A stretch of 64,000 bases of DNA from Camelus dromedarius (lineage: Eukaryota), in contig NC_087472.1 in the NCBI RefSeq assembly GCF_036321535.1, positions 93,312,001 to 93,376,000 on the forward strand, read 5' to 3'. The notes under the pieces are model-generated. The model did no database searches. It worked only from the letters and a program-made list of their open reading frames with translations, and had not been told where the DNA came from. Of the stretch, positions 54,004 to 64,000 are shown piece after piece (within the stretch, counting starts at the first letter, position 1; every line of letters begins with the position of its first letter). The position numbers and the translations under genes were made by a program.

Positions 54004-57000
54004 GAATCTGAGCCTTTCAAACACCATCTATCTTCCTCTTTCCCTATCCCCCCACTTACCCCAGGGCCCTACTTGGTTACCCAGGGAGATCTTCCAAACA
54101 CCGACATGGCCTCTCAATACGGCAGGGCTCCTTCTGGCCCCGAGTCATCACATGCACCTAGGAACAAAACATTATTTGGACACTAGCCTGCCCATGTGGT
54201 GGAGAACCCTTATGGTCACTGGACAGGCTTGGAACTGGGTAACTGATGGCTCTTTCAGTCCTTAGCTATTCTGTTTTCAAAGGACCTTGCAATCCTTTTA
54301 GTTAAGGGCCTCCCATGAGATAGTGTCTCTAGGGACCTTGCCATCACAATCTGGGGTTCTGCATGTCCTTATGGTCCCTAGCCCCACTGCAAGGTGGGGA
54401 ACCACATACCTTATGACCACCATCCACCCTGCAAACTCTGGAACCCAGAGTACACTGGGGATCATTTCCATCCTGATCTGTAGGATGGGCCATGTACAGT
54501 GCAGGGACACTGGCACACCAGGAGCAATTCCACAAGCACTCTGCCTCGGCACTGGTGTCTTGAGGGTGCTGAGACCAGGCTACCCAAGCACTACATTCTA
54601 GGAGATCCCATAAGGACACTAGCCTGCTTACTGCTGTGGAACACAGAACCCTATAAGCAACATCCAGCCAGATCCTAGGAGCAAGAAGGCCCTTCGGTGT
54701 CACTGCACCTCCATGTAGCTGGTGTACCTGGAAAACTTCTGGCCTCCAGACTTCCTGGCAGCTAGGGATCCCAGATACATACCGGCCCTCAGCCTGAATT
54801 TATTCTGAGGAACTGAGGATTCTTGGGCAACCAGCCTTCCCAGTGACAGAAGTGTATCTGAAATTTCCCCTCATGGCACTAACACCTGCCAGGAGAACTG
54901 TGAGCCTTTCAGGCCTGCAATTATCTAGGAAACCTGGAATTAATAAGCCATCTCAGCTGCCCTCTGTCCTTTCATGGAAGCCCCATGAAACCTTCCTACC
55001 ACTAAATTTCCCTCTCACCAAGGTTCCAGTGATCCTTCAGGCCAGCAAACCATCCCTATGTGGTGGAAACATGGGGTCCTCTTATTAAGCCACCAATCCG
55101 ATGAGCCCTATAGGTCTGTGTCCATCTAGATTTTCTCAGGCCCTGGGATTCTTCTGGATACATGCCTGCTTCCATGCTGGTGCTGCAGGGGGTATTTCCG
55201 GACATCACCTGCCATGGAACTGCTGCCCTGGGGGCCCTTATTTAGCCAGACTGCTGATGAACTGGCATCGTGTGGGCCCTCCCCAGGTCCGGTGAAGTGA
55301 AACACATGGCCTAATTGGAAACCACACTTCCAGCACTCTGGTGGCCTGGGTCCCATTTAGGCAATGTACACCACATAGCATTAGGGTCATGAAGTGACGT
55401 CAGCCCCAAAAAGTTTGCAGGAGTTCTTACTGCTCAAAGTCCACTCACATGTTGGGAACTCGGGGCATTTCTGGCTATTACTTCACCTGTCAGCTTTTGA
55501 AACTAGAATGCTTTTGGTTACAGTACCAGACTTGGGCTTATGTAACATGAGCCCTTACAGCTAAGGACTCTGAGCCCTTTCAGACACAGTACTTACCACC
55601 AGCATGGATGAACCAATGAACTTTCAGGCCAACAACATGTCTCCCTTAGGCTTCCGTGTTCCTTAGGGTCTGGAATTGTTCAGCTCCCTTGGGAACCTAA
55701 AATTAATAGGCCATCAGCCTGACCAGCCTGACCATCAGAAATCAGGACCCTTCCAGTCACCAGCCTGTCCTGGCCATGGGGAACCTATGACTCTTGTGGA
55801 CCTCAGCTACCCCACTTGCAATGGAACCTAGAACCCTTTCAGACATGGAACTCTGCACGAATTAGTGCCCCTGGGCACCTTCCAAGCACCATCTGGTCTG
55901 ACACTTAGGGTTTCATGTGCCCTTATGGGCCTAGCCCGTCCACCAGCTGAGGGAACCAGATACACTTCAGATCATCACTCTCTTTGTAGGCTGTGAAAAC
56001 TCAGAGCCCATTGGGCACTGCGTCCATCCCGAACTCTAGGTAACTGAGACTCTTACAGACATATTTGGTCCAGGGAGCACTTGCATCAAGGGAGCACTGT
56101 CTTGGTGCAGGTGCCCTGTGGGTCCTTTCTGAGGTCAAACTGCCTGTGCACTGGGTCCCAGGAGAACTCATACAGGCACTCTCCTGCACTGGAGATGTGG
56201 AATACACCACCCTATTGGCAACCATCCACTTAAAATTCTGGTGAAAGAGGCCTCTTTTCCCCACTGCATCTAGATCTGGAGGTGCCCGGGGAACTTTGGC
56301 CATCAAACTTCTTGCCAGCCAGGGTTCTAGGTTTCTTACTGGTCCCACTTGGTGCACGTGCTGGAGAATCGAGGGATCTTGATGACCTGTCTGCCCGCCT
56401 AAGGTGGACAGCATTTGGGGTCACAGCACTATTATTCCACAGGGGAACTGAGAGCCCTTCAGCCCTTGCTAGCTGGGGAATCTTGAGTTCCCTTGGGCTC
56501 TAGGTGTCCCTCTAGTGGGTGCCCCAGGGAAACTTCCTGTCAATAACCTGACTGCTGGCTAGGGTTCTGATAATAATTAAGACTTCTACACTGTCCTCGT
56601 GGGGTGGAAACTCAGCCTCCTCCAAGTAGACTGAGAGGAGAACAAGGCCTTTTGCCCCTGGGCTATGTCACCCTCTCATACTTCTAAGCCCCCCTTCTAG
56701 TACCATGGGCATTAGTGCCAGACCCATCTGCCCTGGTATTGCTGCCCAGCTGGCCCTTCAGGCAAAAAAAGTACCTACATACAGGGGTCCTATGGGTCCT
56801 GGCCAGAGCCTGTGCAGTGAAATATATAGCCCTACTAAGAACCATACTTGCAAAATGCTGGTACTCCAGACCCGTTTTGGCACGCAAACACCATAGCATT
56901 ACTGTCATGAGGGCCTTCTCGGCCATTGAGTTTCTGGGGTAGTTCCTGTTTACAAACTAGTATGCTTGGGACCTGCAGACTTTCCAGCCATCAGTTTGGC

Positions 57001-60000
57001 TGCCTACTGGTGAAACGGGAGAACTTTGAGTCACAGTACATAACACGCGCTGAGGTAAAAGTGGGTACCTCCACATCGGGTGTTGGAGCCATTTCGGCCA
57101 CCATCCTCTCTCCTTTCCCCCTCCCCCACACACCGTGAGTGCTGCAGTGAAACTTCCGACCACCAACCTGGCTCCTCGCTAGTGTTCCGGGGTTCTTCCC
57201 TGCCTTGAGTCTTGCAGCATGCCTAGGAAGCGAAGGTTCTCTGGCTACCAGCCCGCCTGCCCGCATGATGCAAAAACCAGAACTCTTCCAGCCACTGGTC
57301 GGTCAGGTCTAGTGCTAGGGAACATTTGGCCATTCCAGTCCTCAGCTACTCTGTATGCCATGGAGCCCAGAACCTTTTCAGTCCCCTACTACACACAAGT
57401 TAGCATCCCTGGGGCTTTCAGTTTACACCTAGGGTTCCCGTGTCCTTCTATCCCACAGGCCTTCCTGCAAGTTGTGAAACCACATACCCTCCCACAATCA
57501 TCCTCCCTGTAGGCTATGGAACCCAGAGCCCACTGGGCATCATTTCCATCCTGACATCCAAAACCAGGGAGGTTTTCTGGACAATTGCACACTCAGAGCA
57601 CATTCTGCCCCGGCGCAGGTGTCTTGATGGTGCTTTCTGAGACCAGGCTGACCATGCACTAGGTTCTAAAAGATCCAACGACACTAGCCTACTTGGTGCT
57701 GTGGAGCACAGAACTCAATAAGTAATCATTAATCTAGATTCCTGGTGCAAGAAGTCCCCTTTTTGTCATCTTACCTCCATGTGAGCGCTGCCCCAGGGAA
57801 CCTTCTGGTCACCAGACTGGCGGCCAGCTAGGGTTCCAGGATTCCAGCCGGCCAGGAGCCTGTGCATACCTCTGGGGAACCGAGAACTCTGTCTCACTCT
57901 TGGGCGACCAGCCTGCTCATCTGCAGTGGAAGGAGAGCATTTCCCCACACAGCACTACCACCCTGCACAGGAACTTTGAGCCTGATGTTGAAACCAGAGC
58001 ACCTTTGTTCACTAAATAGGCGTCACAAGGATAGAGTGTTGTCACTTCCGGCCCCGGATCATGAACCCTCTAGGACACCGTCTGTTTCTCCCATGGTTAC
58101 ACCAAGAAATCTTCCTACTTTCAACATGCCCATTCACTAAGGTTCCGGGGACCCTTCAGGCTCCTAATTGAACTTACGCGGTGAAACTCAGGCTCCTATT
58201 AGCCTGTCAGCAGGACGAGACATTTTGGTCTGAGTCCATGTCGACTTCTCAAGCCCTGGGACTCTTTTGGGTATGTGCTTGCCACTGCGCTGGTGCCATG
58301 GGAGGCAATTCAGGACACCATCTGCCCTGGCACCGCTGCCCTGGTGGTCCACTGTGCGACTGTACTTCCTAAAAACTAGGGTGCCATGGGCCCTAGCCAA
58401 ATCCTGTTCTGTGGAACATGTGGCCCTACCATGAACCACACTTCCAGTATGCCTGTGCCCCGGTCTCATTTTAGCACCTTATTCCAAGTAGCGTTAGTGC
58501 CATGAAGGCCCTTCTGGCCCTAAATTTCTAATCAAAGTCAGCCGGTATGCTGGATATCTGGGTGATTTCCAGCCACTAGGTTTCCCACCTGCTGTTGAAA
58601 CCAGAGCATCTTCGACTATAGTACAAGCCTCGCACTAGTATACAATGGGCATCTGCAGTTAAGAAGTCTGAGTCCTTTCAGCCACCATACTTCCCCGCAA
58701 CGTGAGAGCACCGATGAATCTTCCGATCACCAATGTATCCCTTCGCTAGGATTCCGGCATTCCTTCTGGCCTCCAGTTACCCTGCTTGCCTGGGAACCAA
58801 AAGTTCTTTGGCCACAAGCCTGATCGTGTGATACAGAAACCAAAAACCTTCTGGTTACCGGACAGGCATGGGAATCTATGGCCCTTCTAGTCTCCAGCCG
58901 TCCTATTTTTGAAATGAAACATAGAATCCTTTCTGTCAGGAGCCTTTGCAGGAGTTAGTATACATAGCACATTCTGATCACCATCAACCCTAGACTGCAG
59001 GATTCCATGTGTCCTAATAACTACTAGTTGGCCTGCAAGCTGGGCAACTGTGTACCCTTGTGACCATCACTCTCCTTGTGGGATGTAGAACCCATAGCCC
59101 TTGGGCATCCTGTCCATTCTAACCTCTAGGTCCCTAAGGGCTCTTCTGCCGAAACGTGCTGTACAGGGTGCTAGCACCCTGGGAGCATTTCTGGGCACTG
59201 TTAGTCTGGATGCCAGTGCCCTGTGGGTCGTTTCTGAGACCAGACTGCCTCGCACTGGGTTCTACGAGAGTCCATATGGGCACGAGCCTTGTCTGGTGCT
59301 GTGGAACACAAGGCTCTCCTGGCAACTATCCATCCAGAATTCTGGCGCAAGGGGGCTCCTTTCACCACCGCATCTCCATCTGGGCTATGGCACAGGGAAT
59401 CTTTTAGCCATCAGACTAACAGCTAGGGTTCCGGGTTTCCTAGCCAGACTCCAGCCTGTGTGCACTCTGGGGAACTGAGGATTCTTTAGCTACATTCCTG
59501 CCTACCTGTGACGGAAAGGAGAGTATTTCAGTTATTGCACTGGCGTCCAGAACAGGCACGGAGGGCCCTTCAGGCCTTCAGTCAGCTCAGAAGCTCGAGA
59601 ATCATGAGCTCTCTCAGCCACCTTCTGTCCTTCATGCGAGTGCCACAGGGAAACTTCCTCCTCTCTCTTTAGGGTTCCGAGAATCCTTCAGGTTCCCAGA
59701 CTGTCCTTAAGTGATGGAACCACAGGTCCTCCTACTTGGCTGTCAGCAAAATGAGGCCTTTCTGCGTGATTTCAATCGTGCTCTCTCAAGTTCTGGGACT
59801 CTTCCTATCACTTACCTGCCACTTTGGGGTTGCCAGGGGTCGAACTTCTCTGTGGGCCCTTTTGATAACCAGACTGCCACTGGAGTCCCATGGACCCTTG
59901 AAGGCCCTAGCTAGATCTCATGCTATAGATTATATGACCCTATGTCCAGCACACTGATGCCCATTTTGGCCCCTGTTACTCCCATTGTGTTAGTGTCATG

Positions 60001-61813
60001 AGGGACTTTCTGGCTTTCAGGAATTCCTGCCCACATTCTCCTGACATGTCGGTGATCTGGAGGTTTTGTGGCCATCACAGTTGGCAAGTCTGCTGTTGAA
60101 CCAGAGCATGTTCAGTCACAGTACAGACCTCAACTGGGTTATCCTGGGCCCTTTTGGCTCAGGTGTCTGAGACCGTTTGGCTAGGTAAGTTTTGCCCTCC
60201 CCACTTGCAGGTGCCCTCAGGAACCATCCAACTACCATCAGGTCTTTTCTGACCTCTGGGAACCTGGGGCTTTTCTAGACATATGCCAGCCAGCATGCTG
60301 ATACTCTGGAGCTCATCCAGACATGTTCTAACCTTGCACTGATACCCCATGGGTCTTTTCTGAGACAGGTCTGCTTGTATACCGGGTTCCAGGGAGCCCT
60401 TTGGACACTTGTCCACTGTAGTGCTGTGAAATATAGGGACCTATTGGCAACCATTCTTTCAGCATGATGGCACTTTGGGGGACCCTTTCAGCCACCATAC
60501 CTCCAGCACAATAGTGCACTGGGGAACCTTCTGGCTACTAGTCTTCCTGCCATCTAGGGTTTCAATGTTCCTGACTGGCCCCAACCCATCCTCTGGCTGG
60601 AGAATCAAGGGTTCTTTGGCCACCAGTCTGCCTACTTATGGTAAAATCAGAGCATTTTAGGTCACATTATTGGCCTTCCCCAGGAGTACCACAGGGTCTT
60701 TTGGACCTCAGCCAGCCCACAAGCTGATAAAGCAAGAATCCATTTGGCCACTGTCTATTGAGCTTGTGTCTCAGGAACATCCTGGCCACCAGACTTTCCA
60801 CCAGCTAGGGTTTCAACCTTCCTCTTACCACAACCTGCTGGCATGCTGTGAATCCAAGGGTTTTTCTGCTATTAGCCTGCCATCCTGTTATGTAAACTAG
60901 AGTACATTCATTCACATTAAACACTTGGAGCTAGGGAACAGAGTTCCCTCTGGCCTTAAGCCAACCCACAAGCTCAGGAAACTTGAGCCCTCGGCTATCC
61001 TTTGCACAGGGTTCACTGGAGAAGCCATTAGATCACCATCATGCTCACTTGCTAGGGCTCCAGGGGTCCTTCCAGAACCCAATCAGCCTGAATGTTGGGG
61101 AACCAAAGGTTCTTCAGACATCAGTCTATCCTTGTTATGTAAAAATCAAATCCTTTTAGGTCACTGAACAGGTGTTATACTGGGGAACTAAGGGCCCTTC
61201 CAGCCATAATCCAGCATGTCTGTGTATAACACAGAACACTCCTGGGCTCTGATTGGCACATTGGTATCTTTGAGGACCATGTGACCAGTCGCCTGTTACC
61301 TGTTAGCACTTATTGATTTCTTATGGTCTTCAGCCTGACCTGGGACTGGGGAACTGAGGGGTCACAGGCTATATCAGTCAGCCTCCCTGCTGTGGAACCA
61401 GAGCCCTTTCAGCCTTGTTATATCCCACCCTCCAAATCTCCATGTTCCTTCCATATACATGCCTGCTAACATATTGTTGTCCTGGGGGCAATTCCAGATA
61501 TTTCTGTCTTTGTACTGGTGCCCTGGAGGCCCTTTTGGCAATCTGACTGCCCGTACATTGCTGAACCAAGGAGCATTACAGAAATGAACCTGCTCCAGTA
61601 CTATGGAATATATGGCCCTATTGGAAACCACTTATCCAACATTCTGGTGCTTCAGGTCCCCTTTTGCCAACCTTACCACCAATGTGTGCTGCTGCCCTAG
61701 GGAAACTTCAAGACAGCCACTTCTCTCCAATAAGGCTGCCAGGAGTCCTTCCAGTCCTTAGCATGTCCATGTGCTGGGAAACTGAGGAATCTTCTGCAGT
61801 CAGCCTGTCTATC

Positions 61814-62924
61814 TGTTAAGATAGTATCAATTCAAATTAGATTGCTATCACGTGAGGATGTTAAATGTAATCCCCATGGCAACCACAAAGAAAATGATTA
61901 TAGAATATAAACAAAAGGAAATTAGAAAGGAATAAAAATGGTTCACTACAAAAAAAGAAACACCTATAATTAGAATAAGACAGTAATGAAGGACATGAGG
62001 GACAGAAAAGATACAAGACTTACAAAGAACACAGAAAAATGGCAGAAGTAAGTTTTCTTTATCAGTAATTTCCTTAAATGTTAATGGATTAAACTTTCCA
62101 AGCAAAAGGCATAGATTTGGTAAAAATACATTTAAAATATGACCCAACTATATGGTATCTACAAAAGGTTCACTGTAGATCCAAAGAAACAAATATGTTT
62201 AAAGGGACAGGAATGATATTGCAAAGATGGTCCATACAAATAACAATCAAAATAGAGCAAGGCCACTACACTGATATCAGATAATATAGATTTTTAAGTT
62301 AAAAATGTTATAGCATACAAAGGAGGGCATTATATATCGATAAAAGGTCAATTCATTAAGATATAATAATTATAAACATACATGCACCAAATAGCAGAGC
62401 CCCTGAATATACGAAACAATCATTGACAGAAGACTTCAGTACCCCACTTTCAATAATGGATAGAACATCCAGACAGAGAGCAATAAAGAGATAGAGGGGT
62501 TGAACAACACTGTAAACCAACTAGAGCTAACAGGTATTTATAGAACAGTACATTCAACAACAGCAAAATGAATGCACATTCTTTTCCAATCACATGGAAC
62601 ATTCCCCAGGATAGCAATATGTTGGACACAGAACAAGGTTAATAAATTTTAAAAGACTGAAATAAAACACAGTATCTTCTCTGACCATAATGGAATGAAT
62701 CTAGAAATCTATAACAAAAGAAAAACTGATAAATTCACAAATACGTGGAAATTAAATAACATACACTTAACCAATGAATCAAAGAAAAATCAGAAGAGAA
62801 ATTAGGAAATACTTACAAACAAATGAAAATGAAAACACAACATACCAAAACACATGGGATGCAGTAAAGGCAGTGCTCATAAATAAATGTATACCTGTAA
62901 ATGCATACATTAAAAAAGATAAAA
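61814..62924 (+). mobile_element. Old L1 (L1MB/L1M4-like) inter-ORF region plus ORF2 endonuclease part
   Basis: GTATCAATTCAAATTAGATTG...AATCCCCATGGCAACCAC; TTAAATGTTAATGGATTAAAC (LNVNGLN); TCTGACCATAATGGAAT (SDH motif); decayed. Confidence 0.88.
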
Positions 62925-63695
62925 AGACTTCTTGTCTCTAGTATTGCATGTAACGTAGCTTTAAAATTATCATCCTCATTCTCACAAGAAAAAGTTGAAC
63001 AAATTTAAAATCAATACCCCTTTTTAGATCTATTAGAGACAAGGTAATAGGGAAAACTGCTACCCCCCCATATTTTAGTGACACACAGGCAGATAGAGAC
63101 CTGGCAGAAATCCAGGAACAGAAAAAAAAAAAAAACCACTAGGGCTAGTTTCAGTTCCTTTTACAGTATATAATGGCTAGCTTTCAATAGAATAATTGTG
63201 AGTCATACTAGAAGACAAAAATTGCAATTTGAGGAGAAAGAGAAAGTATCAGAACTAGATTTAGTATGGCAAAGATCATAGTATTTTAAACAAATATGAT
63301 TACAGATGGACATTGTTAGCAAAGGGATGGAAATTCCAACCAAAAACCAAAAGGAAATACTAGAAATCAAAAATACTATAGTATGTGAAGAATGCCTTTG
63401 AAGGGCTCAGCAACAGACTAGATATGTATGAGGAATGATTAAATAAGCTTTATGATATTCCAAAAGAAGCTTCCAAAACTGAAATGCAAAGAGAAAAAAA
63501 AATGTAAAGACCAAATGAGATATCCAAGAACTGTAAGACAATTACAAAAAGTGTAACAAACACATGATGGGAATTATGAATAAGAAGAAAAAAGAAAGAA
63601 AGGAACAGAAGAGATATTTGAAGTTATAATGACTAAGAATTTTCCAATATTAACAACAGATACCAAACCACAGATGCAGGAAGCTGAGAAGCTGA
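62925..63695 (+). mobile_element. Old L1 (L1MC/L1MD-like) 5' end plus ORF1 fragment
   Basis: AGACTTC...CTCACAAGAAAAAGTTGAAC 5' end; ORF1-like GAAATACTAGAAATCAAAAATAC, GAAGAGATATTTGAAG, CCACAGATGCAGGAAGCTGAGA. Confidence 0.7.
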
Positions 63696-63699
63696 GAAG

Positions 63700-64000
63700 G
63701 ACAGGTGCACCTTATTAGAGCAGTGAAACTATTCTGTATGATATATGGCATTATACATTTGTGAAACCACATACAATGTACAACACCAAGAGGGAACCCC
63801 TAATTTAAGTTATGGATTTATAGTTAATAAAAATGTATCAATATTGATTTATCAGTGATAACAGTTGTACAACAGTAATGCAAGGTGTTAATAATCAGGG
63901 AAACTGTGTTCTGGGGTAGGGGGAAAGTGGGTATATAAAAGCTTTCTGTACTTTCCGCTCAATTTATTTGTAAACCCAAACTTGCCCTAAAAATAAAGTA
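63700..64000 (+). mobile_element. L1MC1-like 3' end
   Basis: GCAGTGAAACTATTCTGTATGATA...CATTATACATTTGT...ACAACACCAAGAG...TCTGTACTTTCCGCTCAATT...AAAAATAAAG. Confidence 0.85.

Larger units (their letters stand above)
49340..61810. repeat. Degenerate higher-order tandem array (satellite-like), ~8 units of 1.1-1.6 kb built from ~40 bp sub-repeats
   Basis: Marker (G/A)TTAGTGTCATGAGGGC-like at 51169, 52376, 53588, 55380, 56898, 58493, 59989. Marker CTTTCTGAGACCA-like at 50440, 51584, 53081, ~54568, 56125, 57633, 59230, 60356. Abrupt rise in GC over the flanks. Confidence 0.88.

Noticed and set aside
50486..61700. Dense cluster of 60-137 aa ORFs on both strands
   Set aside because: Expected from higher GC. 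Frames are not kept between repeat units, many start at non-ATG codons, and no domain is recognisable.
49340..61810. Array as a CRISPR array, Ig switch region, or snoRNA/miRNA cluster
   Set aside because: It is mammalian DNA with no identical repeats separated by unique spacers, no dense GAGCT/GGGGT pentamers, and no consistent C/D boxes or long hairpin per unit.

Overview
Mammalian genomic DNA, most likely a camelid (alpaca, llama or camel). That call rests on two tRNA-derived SINEs with the camelid vic-1-type GGGGAGGTAATTAGG tail. I cannot support any protein-coding gene. The longer ORFs are L1 ORF2 fragments, an ERV env remnant, or chance ORFs in repeats. Bases 1-49300 are AT-rich intergenic or intronic sequence with old repeats (MIR, L2, MaLR/ERVL LTRs, hAT elements), a degenerate ERV1 provirus and several L1s, two of them with inversions. 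The main feature is a ~12.5 kb GC-richer, highly diverged tandem array at ~49340-61810. It has about 8 units of 1.1-1.6 kb, each built from ~40 bp degenerate sub-repeats. It is interrupted by an ERV1 solo LTR (which carries a SINE) and by a tailless, 3'-truncated 7SK retrocopy with a perfect target-site duplication (TSD). The window ends in old L1 fragments. Repeat family names come from recalled consensus sequences, not a search, and boundaries of old repeats are approximate.
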